Assembly (NCBI GenBank): GCA_023384595.1
Contig: JAHDVQ010000010.1
Location: forward strand, 1 to 54,185
Direction: 5' to 3'
From: Vicinamibacteraceae bacterium
GTDB taxonomy: Bacteria; Acidobacteriota; Vicinamibacteria; Vicinamibacterales; JAFNAJ01
DNA: 54,185 nucleotides
Notes under the pieces: generated by a model
Told to the model about the DNA's origin: nothing
Seen by the model: the letters and a program-made list of their open reading frames with translations, nothing else
Databases searched by the model: none
Made by a program: the position numbers and the translations under genes
Part shown: positions 18,026 to 28,900 of the stretch, piece after piece
Numbering within the stretch: position 1 is the first letter of the stretch
How the letters are laid out: every line of letters begins with the position of its first letter

Positions 18026-19006
18026 ATGCCCCCAACGTCCCCCGGGCTCGCCGAGGAGCACGTCCTGCCCGACGAAGCCGCCACCACGGCCGAGTGCATT
18101 GCGTTCCTCAAGACGGTCAGCGCGCGACGCCATCCGGCGGGGGTCGTCCGCCGCTTCAATCAGGCGAGACATTCCGGGTGCGTCGAGGGCGAGTTCACGG
18201 TGCTCGACGCGCTCCCGGGCGACTGCCGCGTCGGCCTGTTCGCCGAGCCTCGGACCTACCGCGCGTGGATTCGGTTCGCCAACGCCTCGTCGACGAGCGA
18301 CCGCGAGAAAGACGTTCGCGGCATGTCGATCAAGCTGCGCGGCGTCGCGGGCGAGGACCTGACCCCTGGAGCGACCGACCACGACTTCGTCCTCAACAGC
18401 CATCCCACGATGCCCGTCGCGGGCACGCGGGAGTTCCTCGCCTTATTGCAGGCGATGGAAGCCGGCGGCCTGAGGCGCCTCGCGTATTTCGTGTCGCACC
18501 CGGGGGCCGCCCGCTGGGGGTTGGCGGCGCGACGGCACCACTCGTGCCACCTCGACATCCCCTATTGGAGTTCAACGCCCTACTCGTTCGGTCCTGGACG
18601 AGCGGTCAAGTACATCGTTCGCCCGGTTTCGTCGCGAACGAGCTCCCTCCCCGATCCCTTGACGGACGGCTACCTGCGCGACGCGCTGGCCGCGCGCCTT
18701 GCCGACGACGAGGCGGCGTTCGACTTCATGATTCAGCGGCAGACCGATGGCCGCGCGATGCCCATCGAAGACGCGTCGGTCGAGTGGCGCGAGCGAGACT
18801 CGCCGCCGGTGGCGGTGGCACGCCTCCGGATTCCCCGCCAGCGGCTCGACGCGGCCGACCGCGAGCAGGCGTGCGAACAGGTGGCGTTCAACCCGTGGCA
18901 CTGTCTCGCCGACCACCGCCCGCTCGGGAACATGAACCGGGCCCGGCGCGAGATCTACCGGGCGATGGCCGAGTTCCGGCTCAACGCGTCTTCAGGTACT
19001 CGATGA
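18026..19006 (+). CDS. catalase-related (catalase-core-like haem) family protein
   Basis: Motifs RRFNQARHSGCVEGEF, WIRFANAS, VRGMSIKL, FNPWHCLADHRPLGNMNRARREIY. Confidence 0.8.
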   Translation: MPPTSPGLAEEHVLPDEAATTAECIAFLKTVSARRHPAGVVRRFNQARHSGCVEGEFTVLDALPGDCRVGLFAEPRTYRAWIRFANASSTSDREKDVRGMSIKLRGVAGEDLTPGATDHDFVLNSHPTMPVAGTREFLALLQAMEAGGLRRLAYFVSHPGAARWGLAARRHHSCHLDIPYWSSTPYSFGPGRAVKYIVRPVSSRTSSLPDPLTDGYLRDALAARLADDEAAFDFMIQRQTDGRAMPIEDASVEWRERDSPPVAVARLRIPRQRLDAADREQACEQVAFNPWHCLADHRPLGNMNRARREIYRAMAEFRLNASSGTR

Positions 19007-20444
19007 GCGCTTCGCGATCGGCGGCCGGAAGATCGGTGCCGTACAGGTGGCCCTGGTTGCCGTTGCCTCGTACGGACGTATCGAACCGCACGCCGTGCTT
19101 CTCCGCGTCTGGGCCCTCTGCGACGAAACCGACGCGTTCCCAGTCGTAGACGTCGTACGCGCGATAGAAGACGGCCGGGCGTTCGTCGGGGAAGAGCAGC
19201 GCGCGCAGTGTGGGCACCGATCCGTTGTGCAGGTAGGGGGCCCGCAGCCACACCCCGTCGAGCGGCTGGTTGGCGTAGCCCTCGGTCTTGCGGAAGTGCG
19301 TGAACTTCCAGGGCCGGCCGGTGCCGATCGTGTTCATCTTCTCGGCCAGCTCTGCCGTGAACGAGTGCAGGCGTTCCGGGTCGGTGCCGATCTCCAAGAG
19401 TGGCGTCACCTGCCCCACGGCGTCACCGTCCACGTCGTGGCAGCGCGCGCAGTGGACCGCGTAAACGGGCGCCCCTCGATCGGCCAGCCCTCGGTCGATG
19501 CGGTCTGCGGGCATCGCCGGCGGCGGCAGGTCGAGCACCCACCCCGCCACGCGGTCGAGCGAGGCCAGATCGAGAGACGCCTCCGTGGCGCCCGCGCCTA
19601 TCGCCGCGCTCTTGTTCCGCTCGTCCACCAGGTTGTTGTTGCCGTCCCAGTGCAGCCACATGCCGGCGCGCACGCGTTGGTTGAAGAGCGGCGGCAGGTC
19701 GGCGGTGCCCACGGTCCGATCGGCCGCCATGTCGAAGCCGAACATCCGCTTGTAGGGGTTGAACGTATCGACACGGCCGGGGCCCTGCGGCGGCCGATCC
19801 GCGAACCACGCGTTCACGTCGGCCCGCTCGAGAATGCCGTTCCGCGTCTGGCGGATGGCGAAGAAGCGATAGATCAGCGCGTCGAACCACGAGAAGTCGG
19901 GATCCTGCTGATTGATGGCGGCAATGAGCGTGCCCGCCTCGAAGCGCGCATCGCGCGCGGCGGCCGTGAGGAAGTTCGCGTAGCCCTGAAGGTCGAGCTG
20001 GTGCGCCGGCATGCCCGCGATGATCCGCCGCGGGCTCGACGGCGACTCGCGCAGGGTACCGGTATGGCACGTGGCGCAGTTGAGGCCGACGAGCGGCACC
20101 CGGTCGCTGCTGTACGTCGTCCCGATGGGACGTGACTGCGGCGCGTTCGCCTCGAAGATGAAGCCGAGCCGCTCGTACCCCTCGCCCGGCCGGTTGGGCA
20201 GCTTGTCGGCGAAGACGACCGGCAGCACCCGCCAGATTGCGTAGGGCACGCCGACGCCCACCTCGGTGCCGATCGACCCGTACTTGAAGTGCGAGACGAT
20301 GTCGTCCTGCGCGGCGACGGGCGGCGACGTGCAGAGCCACCACGCCATCGTGGCGCCGGCGAGCGTCCAGGCCGCCGAGAGGATCACGCGTCGGAACCGC
20401 ACGGGTCCTCCTCCGGGAACGCGCCGCCCCCGGCGCGCCGCCAC
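18981..20444 (-). CDS. putative di-haem c-type cytochrome family protein
   Basis: Two CxxCH motifs (CATCH, CARCH). N-terminal hydrophobic signal-like segment. Its 3' end overlaps the convergent catalase-like gene by 26 nt. The exact start is uncertain. Confidence 0.75.
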   Translation of the reverse strand: MAARRGRRVPGGGPVRFRRVILSAAWTLAGATMAWWLCTSPPVAAQDDIVSHFKYGSIGTEVGVGVPYAIWRVLPVVFADKLPNRPGEGYERLGFIFEANAPQSRPIGTTYSSDRVPLVGLNCATCHTGTLRESPSSPRRIIAGMPAHQLDLQGYANFLTAAARDARFEAGTLIAAINQQDPDFSWFDALIYRFFAIRQTRNGILERADVNAWFADRPPQGPGRVDTFNPYKRMFGFDMAADRTVGTADLPPLFNQRVRAGMWLHWDGNNNLVDERNKSAAIGAGATEASLDLASLDRVAGWVLDLPPPAMPADRIDRGLADRGAPVYAVHCARCHDVDGDAVGQVTPLLEIGTDPERLHSFTAELAEKMNTIGTGRPWKFTHFRKTEGYANQPLDGVWLRAPYLHNGSVPTLRALLFPDERPAVFYRAYDVYDWERVGFVAEGPDAEKHGVRFDTSVRGNGNQGHLYGTDLPAADREALIEYLKTR

Positions 20445-20699
20445 AGGAATGCGATGTGACCGAGGCCCCGATTATCGAGCCGCCCGGGATGGCGGTCAAG
20501 GTCGTCGGTTCGCGGTCGTCGGTAAGTGGTGCGCCCGGACCCGCGGTGAGCCCGTTGCGGCCGACGTCGCATCTGACCTATTGTCAAGGCACGCGGCCGA
20601 GGGCCGCCGCGGTTGGCCCGACCGGGATGCGCCCGAGGGTGACGCGACGCCTGGGGCCCGCCGTCGCCGTCTGCGACGACGGCCCAGCCTGGAGGACGG

Positions 20700-21941
<1,242 letters not shown>

Positions 21942-21997
21942 CCTCTGCCATAAGGGGTCGTGCTGGCCCCGATCCGACGATCTGGCGGGCGGCTACG

Positions 21998-22022
21998 GGC
22001 TGGTGGCTGGTGGCCTGGCTGG
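21998..22022. repeat. tandem heptamers GGCTGGT x2, then GGCCTGG and CTGG
   Basis: Copies at 21998-22004 and 22005-22011, with a degenerate third copy. The same GGCTGGY word recurs at 17905, 40809 and, reverse-complemented, at 40923-40943. Confidence 0.8.
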
Positions 22023-22168
22023 AGAAATCAGCGATTGAACGACTGACCTTCGCCTCACTGCCAGTGAGGTGACCGATCACGGAGAAGGCGGCGATCGTCG
22101 GCGTGCTGGCCGGTAGCCGCTGGCCGGTCGTCGCAAGCCGAATGTCGGATCGGTGTTAGTCTCTGCAC

Positions 22169-24358
22169 ATGCTGCTCTCGGCGATCGTGCTCGACACGTC
22201 CATGACGGCGTCTGCGGCGCTCGTGCGTCTCGCGCGCCACGGGTACTGGACCGACCCGCGCCGCCAGGAGACGCTGGCCGCAGTGCTCGACTACGCGGCT
22301 CGCCTTGCGCTCGCACCCGACGAGGCCGAGCGACGGCTCGCGCGCAACCCCTACGGGGTCGGTGCCGCGTTGCGGCGCCAGTGGGGCATGCAGGTGCTCT
22401 GGTACGCACGCTACCTCGAGGAGGTCCTGCATCGCTGCTCGGACGCGCCCCCCGGGCAGTCGCTGCTCGACGTCCTGGACCTCCACGAGCCCGACAGCCG
22501 GCCGCCCATTCAACTCGCCGACGACGGGGCGACGCCGAACGCCGAGGGGGTGGTGTTCGTGGGCGACGTCCCCGTGGGTGTGAGCGTGATGATGCCGATG
22601 GCCGCACCGCCGCCGCCCGCGCCGGCGCCACCCTTTGGCGTGCCCTTCGGGGTCGACCCGGGCTCGGGGCGCGGCCCGAGCCGCGGTGGTGGGGCCCCGC
22701 CTGCGGTGGCGCCGAAGCCGCCGGTGTCGGTGACCGCGTGGCCACGCCTCGACGCGCCGAACTACGTGCCGGCGCGCACGCCGTTCACGGTCGTCGTCGG
22801 CCTGGCGCGGGAACGGCAGGCAGGCGTCGGCGGCGGCCAGGTGTCGATCGCCGTGCCGGCCGGTCTTTCGAGTGTCGACGTGAGCGTCGAGCTGATCGCC
22901 GACGGCATCGATGCGCCCGAAGGATGGGCGCGCACCCTGCGCGTCGACGTCGCCGACCCCACGGCGACGTCGGTGAGCTTCGTGCTCGTCGGCCGCGACC
23001 CGGCTGGCCCGGAGTGGCTGCACCTGACGACGCTCGAGGTGAGGTACGTCCTCGACGGTACGGTCTGCGGCACGGCGTCGCGAGCGCTGGTCATCGGCGA
23101 TGCCTCCACTGTCGATCCGCCGCCCCGGCTCGGTTTCGGCGACGCATGGCTCGACCAGCCGCCGACGGCCACACCAGTCGTGCTCCGCGCCGAGACGCTG
23201 CCCGCCGACCTCACCATCGAGATCGCGAAGCCAGACGGCAATCCGGCAAACGGGCGCTTCGAGTGCCGTCTCTTCTCGCCGCACCCCCTGCCGTCGGGTG
23301 CCGGTCCCTTCCCGATCGACCTCGGCGACGATGCTCGGACGTTCGCGCGTTCGATCGTCAGCCAGATCCGCGACTACGCCAACGACCCGCTGGTCGACAA
23401 CCTCCTCGTCTCGCTCGGCATGCTCATCGCCGAGAAGCTGCCCCTCGACGTGCTCGACGCGGTGCGCGCGGTGGCGGCGGTGGCAGCCCCGCGTGCTCCG
23501 GCCGTGCTCGTGGTGTCGGCCGATCCCTACGTGCCGTGGGAACTCGCTCACGTCGACCCGCCGCTCGACCCGGCTCGGCCTCCCTTCCTCGGCGCACAGG
23601 TGACGCTCGGCCGATGGCTGCGCGACCCGCGCGGGACGGACATGAGGCCGGCTTCGCCCGGCATGGCCGCCCGGCCGCCCGCGCAGCCACCTTCGACGGT
23701 GGCCGTGAAGCACATGGCCGTCATGGCGGGGCTGTACCGCGCCGCGTCGGGCCTGCGCCCGCTGCCGGCCGCTGAGCAGGAGGCCGCAGCGCTCGCGCAG
23801 GCGTACGATGCGGTGAAGCTCGCCGCGAGCACCCTCGACGTGAAGCGGTTGCTCGACGCGCAGCTCACGCACGGTTTCGAGCAGATCGGCGGCGTCGAGG
23901 CGATTCACTTCGCGGGCCATGGCGATGTCGATCCCAACGTCGTCGACGGCTCGCTGCTCATGCTCTCGGAAGGCAAGCCGCTGCCCTCGATCCTGTTCCG
24001 CAGCGCGAAGTACGGCGGCGACAGGCAGCCGCTCTTCTTCCTCAACGCGTGCATGATAGGCGTCGGGGGCGAACTGCTCGGCGACATGGGTGGCTTTCCC
24101 GGCAATTGCCTGCGGGGCGGCTTCGGCGCCCTGCTCGGCGCGTTGTGGGAGGTCGACGACACGGTGGCGCGACAGTTCGCACTCGATTTCTGGAGGCGGG
24201 CGCTTCCGGTCGACGGCAGCCCGGCCGAGCCGGTGGGCGACATCCTGCGCGACCTGCGGGCCAAGTACTCGGACGCCGCAGGCCAGACCCCGGCCCACAC
24301 CTGGCTGGCCTACGTCTACTACGGTCACCCGAGGCTGACACTGCAGCGCGCCGTCTGA
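22169..24358 (+). CDS. CHAT (caspase-fold) domain protein with uncharacterised N-terminal two-thirds
   Basis: C-terminal CHAT motifs are AIHFAGHG (His584, nt 23918-23920), LFFLNACMIG (Cys628, nt 24050-24052) and GALWEVDD. The N-terminus has a helical domain of about 100 aa, a Pro-rich linker (APPPPAPAPPFGVPFG) and beta-rich segments. No signal peptide or TM helix. Confidence 0.88.
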   Translation: MLLSAIVLDTSMTASAALVRLARHGYWTDPRRQETLAAVLDYAARLALAPDEAERRLARNPYGVGAALRRQWGMQVLWYARYLEEVLHRCSDAPPGQSLLDVLDLHEPDSRPPIQLADDGATPNAEGVVFVGDVPVGVSVMMPMAAPPPPAPAPPFGVPFGVDPGSGRGPSRGGGAPPAVAPKPPVSVTAWPRLDAPNYVPARTPFTVVVGLARERQAGVGGGQVSIAVPAGLSSVDVSVELIADGIDAPEGWARTLRVDVADPTATSVSFVLVGRDPAGPEWLHLTTLEVRYVLDGTVCGTASRALVIGDASTVDPPPRLGFGDAWLDQPPTATPVVLRAETLPADLTIEIAKPDGNPANGRFECRLFSPHPLPSGAGPFPIDLGDDARTFARSIVSQIRDYANDPLVDNLLVSLGMLIAEKLPLDVLDAVRAVAAVAAPRAPAVLVVSADPYVPWELAHVDPPLDPARPPFLGAQVTLGRWLRDPRGTDMRPASPGMAARPPAQPPSTVAVKHMAVMAGLYRAASGLRPLPAAEQEAAALAQAYDAVKLAASTLDVKRLLDAQLTHGFEQIGGVEAIHFAGHGDVDPNVVDGSLLMLSEGKPLPSILFRSAKYGGDRQPLFFLNACMIGVGGELLGDMGGFPGNCLRGGFGALLGALWEVDDTVARQFALDFWRRALPVDGSPAEPVGDILRDLRAKYSDAAGQTPAHTWLAYVYYGHPRLTLQRAV

Positions 24359-24380
24359 GACGGACGGAAGGAGCACGTAC

Positions 24381-25910
24381 ATGCCACAGCTCACGGGCGC
24401 GGCACAGCCGGTGGCCCTCGGAGGCGGCTACTTCATCCGGGCGCCAGGCGTGCGCGGTCAGGCGGAGCTGAGGCGGCCGCGCACGGCTGGCGAACGCTCG
24501 CGATCGCGCACGGTCGACGACGGGACGACGGCACTCGACGCCGCGTTCTCGGCTGCGGGCGTCACCGAGGTGCGGCAGATCGATCTTTCGGTGCAGCCGC
24601 AGCCATCCGCCGCGGCGACCACGACGCTGCGCAGCGTCGACGGCCGCCAGGATGCGCTGGAACTCGTGGTGCCCGATCTCGGGCCCGAGACGGGACAGCT
24701 CGTGCTCGCCTGCGACGAGATGGGCGTGTTGACGTGGCATCTGCCGATTGACGAAGCCGGTGCGGTCGAAACGCCCACGACCCGGGGCAGTGGTGGCACG
24801 AAGCGGTTTCGCATCCCGGCGACCCGTACAGCGCCGCCTCCGCCAGCCGACTCGCGCACGCGGAGCCTGCTCGGCGTCGTCGGGCGCAAGCTGCTGAAGG
24901 TGCTGGTCTACCCGATCACCGATCCGGTGATCGGGGCCGTGAGCGAGTTCTTCGCCGAGCGATGGGAGCAGCGCCATCGTCCGTACGGCCTGCGCGACTT
25001 CAGCCCGGGCAGCTTCCGCTTGCCGGCCGGCGCGCCGCTCGGCGATGCCGACTGGCCACGGCTTGCGACAGGGCCGGCGCTGCTCTTCGTGCACGGGACG
25101 TTCAGCACGGCGCACGGCGCGTTCAGCCAGATCCCGGATGCCGTCTTCGCCGAGCTGCACGCGCGCTACGGCGGGCGGGTGTTCGCCTTCGACCACTTCA
25201 CGCTCTCGCACGATCCGGCTCGCAACCTGCAATGGCTCGCCGACCACCTGCCGGCGCTGGATCTCGACGTCGACATCGTGTGTCACAGCCGGGGCGGCCT
25301 GGTGGCGAGGGCGCTGGCTGAGCGGCCTGCGTCGCTCGGTGTCGGTGCCTCGAGGGTCCGGGTGGGGCGCATCGTCTTCGTCGGCGTGCCGAACGCGGGC
25401 ACGCTGCTCGCTCATCCCGCGCACATGGTCGCGATGATCGACCGCCTGACGACGGCGCTCAACCTCTTCCCCAGCGGAGCCGTGGCCGAGACGCTCGAGG
25501 CCATCCTGACGGCGATCAAGGTGATCGGGCACGGGGTTCTCAACGGCCTCGACGGCCTGGCGGCGATGCAGCCGGGCGGGGCCTTCCTGGCGAAGCTGAA
25601 TACGGGGAACCCGCCGGGCGACGGGTACCACGCCATCGGCGCCGACTACGAGCCCGTCGAGGAAGGGCTGAAGGCCCTCGTGGCAGGCACGGTGGCCGAC
25701 GCCGTGCTCGATCGGGTGTTCGAGGACACCCCGAACGACCTCGTCGTGCCAGAGCCGGGCGTCTTCGAGGTCGATGGCAGCGGGGCGTTTCCCATTCCCG
25801 AGGCGCGCCGCCTGCGGGTGCCGCCGGAGGAGGGCGTGATCCACACGACGCTGTTCGGCCATCCGGCCGCCGCGGCCCGCCTGCTCGACTGGCTCGGCGC
25901 CAGGTCGTGA
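24381..25910 (+). CDS. lipase-like alpha/beta-hydrolase with ~190-aa N-terminal extension
   Basis: GGAAGGAG RBS 7 nt before the ATG, 22 nt after the CHAT gene's stop. Motifs LLFVHGTFS, nucleophile elbow VCHSRGGLV (Ser303, nt 25287-25289), NDLVVPEPG and VIHTTLFGHP. Confidence 0.8.
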   Translation: MPQLTGAAQPVALGGGYFIRAPGVRGQAELRRPRTAGERSRSRTVDDGTTALDAAFSAAGVTEVRQIDLSVQPQPSAAATTTLRSVDGRQDALELVVPDLGPETGQLVLACDEMGVLTWHLPIDEAGAVETPTTRGSGGTKRFRIPATRTAPPPPADSRTRSLLGVVGRKLLKVLVYPITDPVIGAVSEFFAERWEQRHRPYGLRDFSPGSFRLPAGAPLGDADWPRLATGPALLFVHGTFSTAHGAFSQIPDAVFAELHARYGGRVFAFDHFTLSHDPARNLQWLADHLPALDLDVDIVCHSRGGLVARALAERPASLGVGASRVRVGRIVFVGVPNAGTLLAHPAHMVAMIDRLTTALNLFPSGAVAETLEAILTAIKVIGHGVLNGLDGLAAMQPGGAFLAKLNTGNPPGDGYHAIGADYEPVEEGLKALVAGTVADAVLDRVFEDTPNDLVVPEPGVFEVDGSGAFPIPEARRLRVPPEEGVIHTTLFGHPAAAARLLDWLGARS

Positions 25911-25923
25911 GTCGACGGCTTCC

Positions 25924-28900
25924 TCACGACCCGACCTCACCGGTGGCCTGACGCCGCGTGTTGCGAATTGCGCTGACGAAGAAGGGTGCCCAGTCGTAGC
26001 GGGTATGGCGGCGGCCCGGGTTGGCGAGGTGAGCCCGGAGCGCCCACTGCAGGGCGACGTCTGGCTCGGCCCCCGCGGCGAAGGCCCGGTGGAGGTCGAC
26101 CAGGATGAGACGCGCGCTCGCGTCGTCGACCGGCCATAGCGCGCCGAGCACCGAGCCCGCGCCTGCCTCGAAGAACGCCGCTTGGAGACCGAGGAGGTCG
26201 TCGCCGGGCAGCTGTGCCAGCCCCCGTCCTCCAACCGCCCGCTGCCCCGAGTGGCAGGCCGCCAGCACCACGAGCTCTGCCCGCAGATCGATGGCGCTCA
26301 CCTGCCAGCCGTCGAGCACGCCATCGGCCAGCGCGATGTCGCAGGCCAGCGGATCGTCGGCCGACTCTCCCGCGAGCACGCTGCGACCGTGCGTCGCCAG
26401 GTGCAGGCACCGGCACGCGGTGAAGGAGAGATCGAGGAATCCTGCGCGCGTGACGTTGGCGACGAACTGCCCTCGCTCGCCGTGCACCGCAGCCACGTCC
26501 ACGGCTTCCGCCTGTGAGTGTTCGAGCGGTGCCCAGCCCGCCTGGGCGAAGCGGTCGATGCCCACGGCGACGACCTGGCCGTCGCGGCAACCCGACCATG
26601 GCAAGAGCAGGCTCGACAGGTTCGGCGCGTACCGTACCGCGAACCGCGTTCCCAGCCACGCCCCCTCCGGCGCGTCGCCGCCGGTCCAGGGCATCGCGTG
26701 AAACGGGAAGAGGTGCAGCGCTCGATGCGGGCTGAGCACGAGCCGGGTGCGTCCGGCGATGAAGGCTCGAACCGGCTCCGGTACCAGCCGCGGCGCGAGG
26801 GCGTCGACGATCCGATCGATTGCCGGCACGATCGCCTCCAGCGCGGGGCGCGGAGCGTTGAACGCCTGCACGCACGTCAACCAGCGATCGAGCTGCCTCC
26901 GGTCGTCCGGCGTCAGGATGATCGTGTGCTTTTCGAACCGGCCGCGAGCGACGGCCAGCACGACCAGCGCGTCGTCGCCGAGCCAGAACCACGAGAGCGC
27001 CGCCTCGTCGTCGGCGAGAGCGGCCTGGACGCCGGCCACGGTGCACGGCCGCTCGTCGGCCGACTCGCCGGGCGCGGAGACGAGCGCCCGAGCCGTCGCG
27101 AGCAGGCGCCGGCGTTCGATGAGGGCGTCGGCCGCGGTCGAATGCGCGGGCACGGCGGCCAGGGCACGGTTCGCCGAGACGAAGTCGCGCTCGACGGCGT
27201 CCGCCCACGGGTCGGCCCCGCCGTCTCGCCGGCGGTCCCGCCGGCGCTCGAGTCGTCGTCCGGCGAAGTGCGCCTTCAGCCGTTCGGTCGTGTCGACGAG
27301 CGCGTCATCGCGTCCGAGCTTCAGGTTCGCGACGACCGCGTGCTCGTACAGCTCGGCCCGCGTGGCCAGGAAGGCCGCTTGCTGGTACGGCGCGCTGACG
27401 CGCCGCCGCTGCGCCTCGAGCTCGGCGATGGCGGGCTCGCAGAGCGCGATCACAGCCTCTGAATCGCGCTGCGCCGCGTGCGCGCGGACGTCGTAACGGG
27501 TCGCGTCCAGATAGGCTTCGCGCTCGGCCGACGACGCCAGGCACTCGAGCGTGAGCGGGTGGATCGGCGAGAGGGCCGCGCGCGCGGCTGCCGTCGCGGC
27601 CGCGACCTCAGCGAATCGGCCGAGCGCGAGCCGCACGTACGCCAGCTCCAGCCAGGCGCGGGCGAGGTGCAGGCGCGATGCCAGGTGCTCGGCTTCAGAG
27701 ACCAGACGACGGGCCTCGTCGAGCTGCGCCTCGGCCGGCGCCACGTTGCAGGCGAGTCGCAGCGCATACAGGGCGGCGTCGAGGACCGCGCCGCGTTCGA
27801 GGAACCCCGCCGTGCCGGGAGAGCTCGACGATCCCGTCCCGGAATCGATGGGATCGCCTGCTCCGGGCTCGCCGAGCCACCACGCGAGTTCGGCGCTCAC
27901 CTCGCGCTGCAGCGCGTCGGCCTCGTCGACGAGTTGCGCGACGAACGGACCGAGGGCCGCCAGGCACGCTTCCGCGCGGGCCACACCCTCCCTGTCCGTT
28001 CGCACGTCGTCGCCGAGGCGTTCGCTGATGCGGGCGCCGCAGACGACCGCCCAGTGGCCCGCCACGTCGGCGAGACGACCGAGGAGCTCTGGGCCGGGAA
28101 CGCTGGCTGACGCGACGACGATCCAGGCCCCGGTCGCACGGTCGAACGCGGGTTCAGGGTCGACGTACCCGGCCTCTTCGAGCACGCTGGCGAGTTCGCG
28201 TGCCAGTCGCGCGAACTCGAAGCGGTCTCCCGCGCGGTGCGACTCGACCGCGAGCCCGCCAAGCGACGCCGCCCGCGCCATCGGGTCGTGCGCGACGAGC
28301 AGCGCACGGACCAGCGACGCCGCGGCGGCGTCGAAGTCGGCTTTGACGCCGCGCTCGAGGGCGGCCACGCGCTCGCGCAGTCGGTCCGCGTCGGCCACGT
28401 GGCCCGCGCGTTCGAAGCACGCGATCCCGTCTGCGAGCGCGCGGCGCGCCAGGTCGAGGTCTCCGATCTCGACTGCGCCCCGCGCACGGACGTCTTGGGC
28501 CATGCCGAGCCACCACGCGTGGTCGGCCGGTACCGGCCGGTCCCAGGTGTCCGCCCGGCGAGCGAAGGTCTCGATGGCGGTCTCGAGCGCCCGCAGGCGC
28601 GTCGTGTCGGCGAGGCCGACGTCGCAGTCGCGCATCGCCTGCGTCAGCGGCGGCAGCTGGGCCAGAAGGTCGGCCTGCCGTGGGTCGGCCGCGCGGGGCG
28701 AGACCGCGCCCGGAAATGCGACGGCGATGTGCTCGACGATCTGCGTGAGCGCCGCGTGGCGGCTGACGAAGCATTGCTCGATCTCCGTGGCGGTGCCGTC
28801 GCGACAGCGTGCCTCGAGATCCGCGAGCGGCTCGACGGGCGCGTGGCCCTCCGGCCACGCCTCGCGCTGCAGCCGCAAGGCCACAAACGGCCTCGCGTCG

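Noticed and set aside
15938-18403. 821-aa minus-strand ORF, and the 659-aa ORF at 15976..17955 +
   Set aside because: They are shadow or out-of-frame ORFs of the S9 peptidase gene, whose frame carries the signal peptide, GASYGGY nucleophile and propeller motifs.
22053-22069. Palindrome CCTCACTG-C-CAGTGAGG as the terminator of the CNNM gene or an operator of the CHAT gene
   Set aside because: It is a perfect 8-bp inverted repeat, but the loop is essentially absent and there is no U-tract. It lies 110 nt from the upstream stop. The evidence is insufficient to call either function.
22055-26234. Minus-strand ORFs 22055..24394 (779 aa) and 24042..26234 (730 aa), plus 22153..23775 + (540 aa)
   Set aside because: They are Arg/Pro/Gly-rich translations antisense to or out of frame with the CHAT and hydrolase genes. 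The chosen frames carry catalytic motifs and an RBS.
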